Source of the DNA: Eledone cirrhosa
Taxonomy: Eukaryota
Length of the DNA: 64,000 nt
NCBI GenBank assembly: GCA_964016885.1
Contig: OZ024742.1
Span: 70,246,001 to 70,310,000 of the forward strand
Direction of reading: 5' to 3'
In this document: positions 56,101-64,000 of the stretch, piece by piece
How the letters are laid out: each line of letters opens with the position of its first letter
How positions within the stretch are numbered: position 1 is the first letter of the stretch
The notes under the pieces: generated by a model
The model's database searches: none
The model's input: only the letters and a program-made list of their open reading frames with translations
What the model was told of the DNA's origin: nothing
Made by a program: the position numbers and the translations under genes

Positions 56101-59100
56101 ACATAAAAGATGTAGTGGAATAACAGGTAGACTAATAGGAATGGAAAACTTTGTATCTAAATGATGCACAGGGGTAATCAACGGAAAAGGTGTCAGTGAT
56201 ATAAGCCGTTTCTAATCACATGAAGGAGTGATAGAAGTGATTTATTGCTTCTGCTATCTAGGTGATCTAATTAGCCGTGGGGGAGAGTGCTCCGAGAGCA
56301 TAATAGCTAGAATAAGGATAGGATGGAAGAAGTTTAGCGAGCTACTCCCACTGTTGACAAAAGGTTTCTAGCTACATACAAAAAGACGACTGTGTGTGAT
56401 GCTGCAGAGTCATGAAACATGGGCAATGGCTGTAGGGGACATGCATAGGCTGGAGACAAATGAAGTAATCATTCATTGCTGGATGTGCAATGTAAGTGTG
56501 AGAGAAAGGCAGAACTTGGATAACCTGAGGGAGAAACTGAGTTTAAGATAAATCCGAAGTGGTGTACAAGAGAGAAGACTATTGATACAGACGTGATGTG
56601 CATGGTTGATGATCACTGGGTGAAGAAGTGCCAGAAAATCCCAGTGGAAGGAAGCCACAGTAGAGGTAGACCATGGAAGACCTGGACAGAAGTGGTGAGA
56701 GCTAATCTCAAATTTCTGAGACTCCCAGAAGAGATGACGAAGGAACACAGTGAGTAGAGAGATGCTGTGCTGAAAAGGACCCATCCAGCCCATGCACGTG
56801 AGGAAAAACAATGATGATGTTTTGTATAGAAACATCAGGGCAACAAAAAGCTGTCCATCAATCTCATACTCCTGCACAACCTTCCACAGCAGGTCCCATG
56901 GAATACAGTCATATTCCTTTCTGAGGTTTACAAAACAAGCATATACCTCTTAGCAATACTCCCACAAATTCTAAAAGACCTATGGCTGGTGAATATTTGG
57001 TTGGCTCTGCTGTGTCTGGGCGCAAAAACCAAATTGTTCGCGAGCTAGCTTGGATTCAACAATCATCATCATCATCATCACCGTTTTACGTCCGTTCTTC
57101 CACGCTAGCATGGGTTAGACGGGTTGTCCTGTTGTGGGCAGTGTCTGGTCGGCTGACCATGCCTTGCTCATACAGGAACTGATCTGGCTTGATTTCTACA
57201 GCTGGATGCCCTTCCTAACACCAACCTCATTTACAGTGAGTGCTGGGTGCTTTTTCGTGGCGCCTACACGTCCACTTTACAGTGTGGGCTGGGTGCTTTT
57301 TTGCCGTGGCACCTCCACGGCCACCTTGCGGTGGAGGGGGGGGGGCATATTGTTTATATGCTTCAGCATGTACCCATGGGAGGTCGGGTACCCTGTATTA
57401 CTGCGTGACGCCAGAAGTCACGGTCGTGTGTCATTGACTTTGAGAGGTGTAGTTGGGTAAGGTCGGCTTTTATCACCTCATCCCAAGTCATCTTGGGTCT
57501 CCCCACTCCGCGGTTTCCATCAACTTCTAGTGCTCTGCACCTTTTTATGCAGCTGTCATCCTTCATACGCATCACATGTCCATACCAGCGTAACCGCCTC
57601 TCCTGCACGCAGCATTTGATTCCTCTTATGCTCAGTCTCTCTCTCAATTCATTTATGCTTTGTCGTTCACGTATATTACTGTTACACATCCATCGGAGCA
57701 TGCAGGCTTCGTTTCTCTCTAATCTACGTAAGTCTTCCACCTTCAGCGCCCAGGTCTCACTACCATGCAACATAGCTGTTCGGATACACGCATCATACAG
57801 TCTGCCTTTCATTCTGAGGGAGAAGCCTTTTGCAGCTAGCAGTGGTAGTAGTTCCCTAAACTTCTTCCATCCCGTTCTTACCCTAGTTATTGTACTTTCT
57901 GAGCACCCACCTCCGTTGCTAATTCGGTCACCTAGGTAGCAGAAGCTGTCTACTGTTTCTACAGGGCCCTCCCAGAGATTGGTGGTACTTGTTTCCTGTG
58001 GCTGTTTGCTTGCTGTTTCAGCACAGCTGCTGCATGTGAATCCTACATTCTTAATTAAGCTTCCTGAGATCCCGCTACATCTCTTGTGTACCCATTGTTT
58101 GCATTTGGGGCAGAGAATGGAGTTTCTACCTACACCTTTCCTACATACTGAGCAAGGCCATTTCCCTGAGGGGATCTGGGTTCTGTTTTCTCGTCTACTT
58201 ACAAGGACCTTAGTCTTTGTCATGTTGACTTTGAGGCCCTTTCTCTCTAGTCCCTGCTTCCAGGTTTGGAATTTATTCTCTAGTTCTACCATAGATTCAG
58301 CTATGAGTGCGAGGTCATCAGCATACAGGAGTTCCCATGGGCATCCGGTCTTAAACTCCTCCGTTATTGCCTGCAGGACTATGATGAACAGGAGAGGGCT
58401 AAGAACAGAGCCCTGGTGGACCCCAACCTGTACGCTAAATTCCTCGCTATACTCATTGCCAATCCTAACTTTGCTGACTGCTCCCCTATACATGGCTTGT
58501 ACCGCTTTCACAAGCCATTCATCTACTCCTAGTTTTCTAAGAGCCCACCAGATTACTGCACGTGGAACTCTGTCAAAGGCTTTCTCAAGGTCGACAAATG
58601 CCAAGTAGAGTGGCTTACTTTTAGCTAGGTACTTTTCCTGTAATTGCCTCACAAGGAAGAGGGCATCAGTGGTGCCTTTCCCTGGTACAAACCCAAATTG
58701 CATCTCGTCTATATTCACCCGGTCCCTAATCAGCTGTGCTATAACTCTTTCTGTTACTTTCATGACCTGGTCCATCAACTTTATACCTCTATAGTTTCCT
58801 CTATCTAGTGCATCGCCTTTACCTTTGTAGCAGTTGACAATGATGCTACTGCACCAATCTTTTGGTATGGCCCCCTTCATTTCTTTGCCAGACACTTAGC
58901 GAATTTTCTCCTCCTCAGAGGTCTTGCCACATTTGAGCTCTTTAATAGCTCTTGTGACCTCAGCCTCTGAAAAGTTAGTCATCACTCGCTGATGCACCTC
59001 CAATACATCAAACGATGTTGTTGTGACCAGGTTTAGGAGATCTCCACCTCACAAGGATGCACATCTTTGAAGAGAGAACACCAGACACGTTCCTGATAGC

Positions 59101-62100
59101 AGGGGTGGAGGAGGACTTCTTATTATTATGAATTTAGTGGATTGTCTGCCAGACAATTTACTGATCTGAAGTTGGATTCCAACCTCAAAGTACTATTATG
59201 TCTTAAACTTGGATGCCTTTATTGTTTCTGCTTCAACTTTTTCTGCCTGCTTGTACCACAAATCCAAGAAGAAGGACTTATTTCCATGTAAGCCTCCTTC
59301 TATGCTCAGATGACATCTTTGACCTCTTGAATGATTCAAGGAATCCTCTTGCCACCCAAAACTACACTAAGCCACATTTGCTTGCAGCATATAACAGCTG
59401 AAGCAGAAACTGCTGTGCTGAACAGTCCCTGCTTAATTTAATATTTACTCAGGGAGTTCTCTGAATTTGGATGCAGTAGTATCTCCATACCGTGTCCTGC
59501 CTTCCTTATCTGCCAGTGATTCCCACTTTTTCCTGTACGTCGAGCTCAACCAGCTAGTTTTTGATTCTGTAATTTTATTATTAATTACAGTTATACATAC
59601 AGAGAGAGAGAGACACACACACACTTAACTACAAAATCACATAAATATATTGTTGGCAATCATGTGTATCTGAAATGAGTAAATGGGTCAGGAATTCATA
59701 TTAAATAGCGTTAAATTTCCTGCCCAAATTAGTAATAAATGCAACCTGTAAGGTGATGATAGGAAGGGCACCACACTGTAGAAACTATGCCAAAAAAGTT
59801 GAGAGGATTTTGTAGTTGTTCCATGGGTACACAGCCTCTCTTGTTTTTGGTGGTTTACACAATAAATGCACCCAGTACACTCTGTAAAGTGGTTGGTGAT
59901 AAGAAAGCCTGCCAAATAAATGTTTGGGAAGACTCTACAGCTATGCCAAGGACATGACATCTTCTCTAGTGTTGGTGTCATGATAAAATACAGGCATTAG
60001 ATGACAACAATGATGATGATGATGATGCTACAATATCATGTTTTAAGCGTTCTATTGTTTTCTTTGTCAAAATACTTCATAATCTACAAAATTCGTAAGA
60101 AATCATTTATTCTATTTTTCTTGTCCACTAGATCATTCTATAATACAGAAAAACTCTGAATTAAAGTCCAGCAATATTGATAAAATAAAAGAAATAAACA
60201 AGAGTGTTCTGAAAGAAGTAACAAAAGCTTGTGAATCTCAACAGGCAGCTGTAGAGAAGAATTCTACATTACTCAATAGTACGATGGAAAAGAGTGCTGT
60301 TAGAAAGCCACCTTTTTATTTCACAAGCCCTGAAAGTGTAAAAAGTCCTTACATTAAAACTATGGATTCAAAATACTCTACCATCACAGAGGAAAATCTC
60401 AAGAAATTTAACCAGCAAGGAAATAAATCCTCAGTAAATAATTTAACTGCCAGAATTAAGGGTTTTGTGAAATCATCATGTGAGACTGTTTTTAAAGACA
60501 TTCATAATAATGATGTGAAACAGACTACAAAGAAAGATGAACTGTCAAAGAATACTCATCCATCTTCCCCACTTCACACATCAAAAACTCTTAATGTAGA
60601 AAATGACAAAAACATAAGCCCCCAAACTACAGCCATCACGTCAAAAATGAATGTTTGTGATGATAACAGTGACATATCAAGTAAGTCTGCATTGGCATCT
60701 AGTAATATATCTAGTCCTGTTTCTGAGAGGAAGAAATCATCAGAATTTAAAAGTCAACAACAGAAAGTTGCTACTCCAGAGAACAAGGTACAAACACCAG
60801 TAGAGGATGAGCTAACTGTTGTCCCCAAAACAAAACGTAGTAGCTCCAAATTTGAAACTAGCTCAAAACAGCAAACAAAAACACAAAGGGACTTTCCAGA
60901 AAGATTTTACTCTAATTCATATAACCACACACCAAGTGACAAAATGGGGAGCAGTAGCCCAAGTTTTAAACTATTTGAAATGACTCCAGCTAAAGCAAAG
61001 AACCATACAAAGACATATCGCAAATCCAAGAAACAAACAGACTTTTTACATTATCATGACCCTTACAACTTTGACAGTAACAGTGATAAGTCTTCCAATC
61101 TTGGACAACCTACCCAATACAAATTTTTCAAGTGTAGGCAAAATTCTCAAAGAACTGCTCTTTCAAACTACTTAGATACCACCAAAAAACCCAAACCAGC
61201 AAAAGAATCTAAACGTATGCCACCAGCTGCCACTTTGAAGGAAACCAAACAATCTTTAAACACCAAATATAAAACTACACAAAATCCAAACCCAGCTGCT
61301 TCAAATCAGAGATCAAAATCTATCTTGAATGAATCTAACATAGGTCAATCCAGTAAAACATACTCTAACCTCATATCTTCTGAATATCTGGATCTAAATA
61401 ACAAACAGCATGGTGGTTTGGAAAGAAATAAGGGAAGTTCCATAAAAGCTTCAACCTGTCCTGTTAATTCTAAGGTGAGGGACAATATCTTTTCTTGATT
61501 TAATTCTATGATAATGATAATCTTTGCCAAAAATGCAATAACTTTACAGCACCATTATTGATGTCAATTCAATGCAATTTATCTTTTTAATTATTATTAA
61601 AAATGTCTTTTCTGTATTTCTATTGATTCCACTTAAGTTGTTCTAAGTTTTATCATTATTTCAACACACCTGTGGGAATAAGAAAATATTAAAATTAATT
61701 TCATTGTGTTGTTTTTATATTGTCTTGTTATCGCTGTGCATTCCCACCTACCCCAGTCAATCCTGTATTAACTAAAATATATAATATTCCTGTAGTGGTT
61801 AAGGTGTTGGTCTCATGATTGTAATGTTTTGGGTTTCATCCCTAACTAGGTGATGCATTGTATCTGTGAGCATGCCACTTGATTCCTCATTACACCAGTC
61901 CATTTAATTGAAAATAAGTGCCAGCAGCAGCAGCTGAGGAGGGAGTTGACTGGTGTCCCATTTATGGGGAATTCTTGTACCCTTAACACCACATGAAATT
62001 GGATTAAGTTCCTACCTGATGAGCCTCTAGGAAGGGCACATTAGATAATATAAACTTAGATATATAGTTTATGAATGAAAGTGCTGTAGAGGTATGCTAT

Positions 62101-63111
62101 AATGATATTACATGATATTGTAGTATCATTGTAGCATACTTGTAGATGATATTATCAAAGGTGCTTCTTGTGACCTATTGCACAATGCTAGCTAATCTGA
62201 ATACCACTCACAAAGCCAATATTTCAGATATTCATGTTATTCAAAACATATTCTAACTGTGTTAATCCCATATGCTTTCCAGATATTTTGCTATAATATA
62301 TTTATTTTGGGAGGATTTGGTTGTTATTGCTAGCAGGTGAAGTAACCGTGTTACCATTCTTTTAATAGAAACTTTAAATAATTTTCATTGTTTTCTTTCC
62401 ACAAATCACAGTTACAGTATCCATTTCCTGTCCCAAATTTTAATTGTTGTTTGCTACAGAGTGTTCTATATTTGGTTTAACCCTTTTGTAACAATATTTT
62501 CTAATGAAAGACACTGCATATGATATGCAAATTATTTTCAAAATAATCAAGAATTTGGAGGGATTTAGCAATACAACTTACTTTCTCATTATTAAGCTGG
62601 TGTCTGGAGCATAAATTAACAAAGGTTTTTAGCAGATAAATCTTTAAAGTATTTTTTTTTTTTGTTTACGGGAAGGATCCTTAAGAAAGATTAGGTTATA
62701 ACGCTGTGTATTTAATGTTGGTAGCTCATATGAAAGGATCAGAGAGGAAAGCACAGCGAGGAAATATAACAAAGGATTTATTTTTCTCTGTAAAATATTA
62801 CTAAGCGCTATTGTGGCATATATCTAGGTAGGATGTTGTTGGGCCCTTGCCGAGAGGGCCAAGGGCCCTTGGTAAATGTTTCATCTTGCCAGTCGCTCCA
62901 GGGAATGAATTTAGTAATGTTCTGTTTGTAATGTCCTATCAAAAGGGTTAATCACTAGATCTACAGCTATGTTTGTTACTAAAATAATGTTTTTATTTTT
63001 TTTTTATTATTAATTTCTCTAAATCTATTTCTTTTACATGAAGAAGGCAGCTAGTAAGACCCGTCCAACTCGCAAGCGGAAACCTGTTAATTATAAAGAA
63101 ATTGATTCATC
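512..63111 (+). CDS. SYCP2: SYCP2/SYCP2L-like synaptonemal complex axis protein, partial; 14 exons in window
   Basis: Exons 512-619, 5834-5903, 7590-7741, 8889-9005, 11216-11477, 13027-13620, 14345-14449, 19492-19611, 21715-21810, 33660-33741, 34203-34260, 40244-40301, 60132-61474 and 63044-63111 all have AG/GT ends and compatible phases (3233 nt, no stop). [26 protein letters not shown]...[10 protein letters not shown] resembles vertebrate SYCP2 [26 protein letters not shown]...DDHQWEAVTV (recalled, not searched). Confidence 0.8.
3281..5536 (-). mobile_element. Non-autonomous Gypsy-type LTR element (TRIM/LARD-like)
   Basis: 386-bp LTRs at 3281-3666 and 5151-5536 with 5 mismatches; AGAG TSD (3277-3280, 5537-5540); minus-strand PBS TGGTGACCCC beside the right LTR; PPT TCTGGCGGGAGGTTA beside the left LTR; 1.48-kb interior without a recognisable gag/pol ORF. 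Confidence 0.9.
5045..5148 (+). repeat. Tandem 46-47-bp units, each a tRNA-Trp 3' fragment with CCA plus an LTR-end fragment (multiplied, extended PBS)
   Basis: GG(C/T)TGCGTGTTCGTATCACGT..GGGT(C/T)ACCA at 5071-5102 and 5117-5148; remnant GGGGTGACCA ending at 5055. Confidence 0.8.
5834..5903 (+). CDS. SYCP2: SYCP2-like exon 2 ([23 protein letters not shown])
   Basis: cttag|GAT...GAAG|gtaagg; phase 0-1. Confidence 0.85.
6136..6503 (+). mobile_element. RTE LINE 3'UTR only, (GAT)n tail
   Basis: Matches the 3'UTR that follows the RTE ORF ends at 6876 and 16399; flanked by ATATAT. Confidence 0.85.
6636..7393 (+). mobile_element. 5'-truncated RTE LINE (ORF end plus 3'UTR with ~113-bp internal duplication)
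   Basis: [12 protein letters not shown]...GRPRKTW; (GAT)n tail; duplication about 7054-7285 bounded by ACAGTCC. Confidence 0.9.
7590..7741 (+). CDS. SYCP2: SYCP2-like exon 3
   Basis: ttctag|TG...TTCTCT|gtaagt; phase 1-0; ends AVQEIFS (cf. VTQKIFG). Confidence 0.85.
8889..9005 (+). CDS. SYCP2: SYCP2-like exon 4 (candidate closure motif [11 protein letters not shown])
   Basis: tttcag|AAC...AAT|gtatgt; phase 0-0. Confidence 0.8.
9478..9808 (+). mobile_element. tRNA-derived SINE
   Basis: A/B-box-like TGGTTAGA...GAGTTCGATTCC head and TCCTTGAGGAAGACACTT core. Related decayed copies near 1225-1540, 7975-8200, 19650-19755, 27595-27810 and 61790-62040. Confidence 0.7.
11216..11477 (+). CDS. SYCP2: SYCP2-like exon 5
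   Basis: tttcag|GAA...CAAG|gtaaat; phase 0-1. Confidence 0.8.
13027..13620 (+). CDS. SYCP2: SYCP2-like exon 6 (K/S/T/P-rich disordered)
   Basis: ttatag|AA...AAAT|gtaagc; phase 1-1; lies within ORF 12945..13676. Confidence 0.85.
14345..14449 (+). CDS. SYCP2: SYCP2-like exon 7
   Basis: tttccag|CC...CCCA|gtaaga; phase 1-1; symmetric, so not required by frame. Confidence 0.7.
14693..15715 (+). pseudogene. DD37D transposase, premature TGA and in-frame 24-bp repeat expansion
   Basis: N-terminal HTH-like region; D-to-D spacing is 37 after removing 5 extra 8-aa units; homologous coding continues past the stop to about 15873. Confidence 0.85.
15521..15673 (+). repeat. 24-bp tandem repeat, about 6 copies (SPDIW[T/S/F]PS)
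   Basis: CAGCTCGCCTGACATCTGG(A/T)CTCC repeated. Confidence 0.95.
16001..17788 (-). mobile_element. 5'-truncated RTE LINE (RT, PHD insert, 3'UTR)
   Basis: ORFs 17164..17733 and 16399..17121 (QFGF, DLEKAFD, QGSVLSP, YADD); CAT tail; 22-bp duplication at the 5' junction. Confidence 0.93.
19492..19611 (+). CDS. SYCP2: SYCP2-like exon 8
   Basis: ttttag|GG...CAAG|gtgagt; phase 1-1. Confidence 0.75.
19761..20075 (-). mobile_element. RTE 3'UTR fragment inserted in a tRNA-SINE
   Basis: Same UTR as 16001-16398; host SINE resumes after 20075. Confidence 0.8.
20950..21138 (+). mobile_element. tRNA-head SINE with Nin/Deu-like core
   Basis: GAGTTCAAATCCC B box followed by GCCTTTCATCCTT...GGTCGATAAAATAAAGTACCAG. 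Close copy at 27818-28003; older copies near 1930-2290, 19050-19265, 21340-21490, 39500-39930 (-) and 63300-63410. Confidence 0.75.
21715..21810 (+). CDS. SYCP2: SYCP2-like exon 9 (duplicate of exon 8)
   Basis: ttcag|AG...CAAG|gtgtgt; phase 1-1; ends NIKETQQ like exon 8. Confidence 0.65.
21894..26748 (-). mobile_element. Tx1/L1-clade LINE, degenerate, 5'-truncated in ORF1
   Basis: ORF1 zinc knuckle [14 protein letters not shown]; APE domain (VGDWN, SYLDR, SDH); RT (KSPGLDG, AYADD); C-terminal Cys motif; AATAAA at the 3' end; 20-bp TSD TTTCTGAAATTGA(C/T)AAGATA at 21874-21893 and 26749-26768. Confidence 0.92.
28426..28805 (+). repeat. 126-bp tandem repeat x3, apparently identical, each with palindrome GTTTCGCGAAAC; preceded by a 35-bp duplication
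   Basis: Units start at 28426, 28552 and 28678. Confidence 0.95.
29162..31710 (+). pseudogene. Helitron RepHel N-terminal and Rep (HUH endonuclease) region; helicase absent
   Basis: 69-bp N-terminal repeats (29341-29560); [65 protein letters not shown]; several stops and frameshifts. Confidence 0.92.
33140..33430 (+). mobile_element. Old RTE 3' fragment inside a decayed MITE
   Basis: RRWFGHVLR...VEGSKG.GKPRK remnant. Confidence 0.55.
33660..33741 (+). CDS. SYCP2: SYCP2-like exon 10 ([10 protein letters not shown])
   Basis: tttcag|AC...AATCA|gtaagt; phase 1-2. Confidence 0.75.
34203..34260 (+). CDS. SYCP2: SYCP2-like exon 11
   Basis: ctacag|T...GCAAAG|gttttg; phase 2-0; needed to bridge the frame between exons 10 and 12. 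Confidence 0.65.
34800..35370 (-). mobile_element. Decayed R4/Dong-like LINE N-terminal fragment
   Basis: EINDLI...YVAKTLG...EPWQKR resembles the pre-RT region of RLE LINEs. Confidence 0.5.
35378..35960 (+). mobile_element. Tx1/L1 3' fragment
   Basis: [15 protein letters not shown] and 3' end GTGGCCAGTAAAGAAAT match the 21.9-26.7 kb element. Another fragment lies at about 63540-64000. Confidence 0.75.
36197..36570 (+). mobile_element. Expander/RTE-like RT fragment
   Basis: [11 protein letters not shown]...LKQVEKFKY. Confidence 0.65.
36617..37477 (-). mobile_element. Penelope-like element 3' part (Neptune-type GIY-YIG)
   Basis: [15 protein letters not shown]....YIGET...ER..QH; bounded by (TA)n. 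Confidence 0.75.
37489..39350 (+). mobile_element. Penelope-like element (Naiad-like), 5'-truncated: RT plus C-terminal GIY-YIG
   Basis: [20 protein letters not shown], disrupted YRDD-like motif, VVYEA..FKERF..H, CGLC..E..I...LNSRNE; (TA)n on both sides. Confidence 0.85.
39213..39250 (+). ncRNA. Minimal type I hammerhead ribozyme in the PLE terminal region
   Basis: GAG-CTGAGGA-tCC gctaa GGt-GAAA-CAATTG-TT-CTC: conserved core, short stem II, palindromic stem III, GAG/CTC stem I. Confidence 0.65.
40244..40301 (+). CDS. SYCP2: SYCP2-like exon 12
   Basis: ttttag|AAA...ATAT|gtaagt; phase 0-1. Confidence 0.7.
40501..44644 (-). mobile_element. Near-full-length RTE LINE (APE, RT, PHD), frameshifted; ~0.2-kb deletion at about 40750; SINE inserted
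   Basis: [33 protein letters not shown]; CAT tail; leader 44190-44644. Confidence 0.92.
42889..43227 (+). mobile_element. tRNA-head SINE with RTE-derived 3' tail
   Basis: TGGCTTAGTGG / GAGTTCAATTC boxes; GTTAGGAAGGGCATCCAG and (GAT)n tail shared with RTE. Confidence 0.88.
46012..46569. repeat. 73-bp direct repeats (46012-46084, 46497-46569) in (TA)n, enclosing a probable LINE 3' end
   Basis: One mismatch between copies; internal fragment about 46277-46440 with an (ATT)n tail on the minus strand. Confidence 0.8.
47021..48114 (-). mobile_element. R4/Dong-like RLE LINE, 5'-truncated
   Basis: Open 331-aa C-terminus: [34 protein letters not shown]; (TAA)n tail; (TTC)n on both flanks. Confidence 0.88.
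48115..48187. repeat. (TTC)n microsatellite
   Basis: Seen directly. Other microsatellites: (TA)n 14527-14566 and 17787-17838, (TG)n 20136-20168. Confidence 0.95.
48927..49253 (-). mobile_element. Same SINE family as 42889-43227
   Basis: Near-identical reverse complement. Confidence 0.88.
49299..54653 (-). mobile_element. Gypsy LTR retrotransposon, full-length but degenerate
   Basis: LTRs about 49299-49762 and 54171-54653; AACA TSD; PBS TGGTGACCCAGACGT; PPT TCTGGAGGAGGGTA; gag ([14 protein letters not shown]), protease (FLVDTGAS), RT (YIDD), RNase H (DAS, RELLA), integrase ([15 protein letters not shown]). Confidence 0.95.
56820..59560 (-). mobile_element. Old Expander/RTE-like LINE interrupted by a younger RTE
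   Basis: [15 protein letters not shown]...KCLAKK continues across the insertion to VESKL..EQFGF...CFVNLRK.YD. Confidence 0.65.
57063..58875 (-). mobile_element. Young 5'-truncated RTE LINE with uninterrupted RT/PHD ORF
   Basis: ORF 57363..58895 is open for about 500 aa; CAT tail. A 3'-end fragment of the same subfamily is at 45588-45705. Confidence 0.93.
60132..61474 (+). CDS. SYCP2: SYCP2-like exon 13 (1343 nt, disordered; KTYRK...DPYNF)
   Basis: cactag|AT...TCTAAG|gtgagg; phase 1-0; contains most of ORF 60284..61498. Confidence 0.85.
62481..62947. mobile_element. piggyBac-like MITE
   Basis: TTAA|CCCTTTTG ... CAAAAGGG|TTAA. Decayed relatives near 8200-8400, 11560-11840 and 33050-33560. 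Confidence 0.6.
63044..63111 (+). CDS. SYCP2: SYCP2-like exon 14 ([16 protein letters not shown])
   Basis: atgaag|AAG...TCATC|gtaagt; tandem AAG AAG acceptor, alternative start 63047. Confidence 0.75.
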
Positions 63112-64000
63112 GTAAGTTGATCATAATTTAATTTTAGATGTATTAGTTATATGTTCTTCTGGGGATGTTTCCTCTAATGGAATGGCACTTTATTCAAAGA
63201 AAGGTTTACCACTGGTTCATCTAACTCTTCTGAAGTTGGAGTTGAACACCAGCTTTATAAGTATTTGTGACTTATGCAGACATCATCATCACCACCAAGG
63301 ATTGGCAGAATCATTAGAGTAAATGCATTGTGGTATTTGTTCCAGCTCTTTATGTTCTTAATTCAAATCCCTTTGCCTTTCATTCTTCTGAGGTTGATCT
63401 AATCAACTGCCTTATCCTGGTCCATGTCTGACTGCACTGGTAGCGGCTACTCTTTTGCTTTTTGTGGAAGTGAAAGATTCCACTAGTCAAGTTGTCCTTT
63501 TGCTGTCAGTACCGGCTGCATGGAGGACTGGGCATGCCATAGCTAATGATGCACTGAAGCTACAATATCTTCAACTTTTCCTTGATGTTGAACAGTAGTC
63601 ACTCTTTGCTAGATGTATTTTTTCCTAGCTCATCTCCTTGGTGGAGCCGCAGTCCTGAGTCAAGCGAAGACTGAGAGGTAGTACTTAGAAACTGGAATGT
63701 CTTCAAATGCTCACAGCCTTCTGCCACCTTGGCGTTCTATAGAGGGTTAGTTGCAGATAAAAGTGACAATATTCCTGAGGAAACTCTGGGCATCAACGAT
63801 AATCAAATAGCCAATCAGTTCTGGAGAACTTTCGATCCAGGCTCCCGTAGATAATTTCCAGAAATCTCTGGCCTGGCAGTGCTATCAAGGAACATTGCCA
63901 GTTCAAGATAAACTTTACAGGCATAGAAGTGCCATCGGTGCTGAAATTGTCCTGCTCTCACTCATCAAGTGTCGGAGCATTGCTGACTTGTGGGTTTATA

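Larger units (their letters stand above)
48230..56819 (+). mobile_element. Older degenerate RTE LINE split by a SINE and a Gypsy element
   Basis: TLNVGTL, CIQE, AGDFNAH, DLEKAFD; coding is continuous across the AACA TSD. Confidence 0.85.

Overview
AT-rich animal genomic DNA; the repeat families suggest a coleoid cephalopod, probably Octopus (inference). One + strand host gene spans the window: 14 GT-AG exons (512..63111) splice in consistent phase into about 1077 codons resembling SYCP2/SYCP2L (end of the Spt16M-like domain, candidate HORMAD closure motif, long basic S/T-rich disordered region). Its start and C-terminus lie outside the window. The introns contain two LTR elements, a DD37D (maT) transposon, a Tx1/L1 LINE with a 20-bp TSD, many PHD-containing RTE LINEs and their SINEs, an R4/Dong-like LINE, two Penelope-like elements (one with a hammerhead motif), a Helitron Rep region and MITEs. 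Two structures stand out. (1) A non-coding LTR element whose primer-binding region is a tandem array of CCA-tailed tRNA-Trp 3' halves, each with T at the m1A58 position. (2) A Helitron Rep region enclosed between the 5' leader found on a near-full-length RTE and an RTE 3'UTR/(GAT)n tail. All family calls rest on recalled motifs, not database searches.
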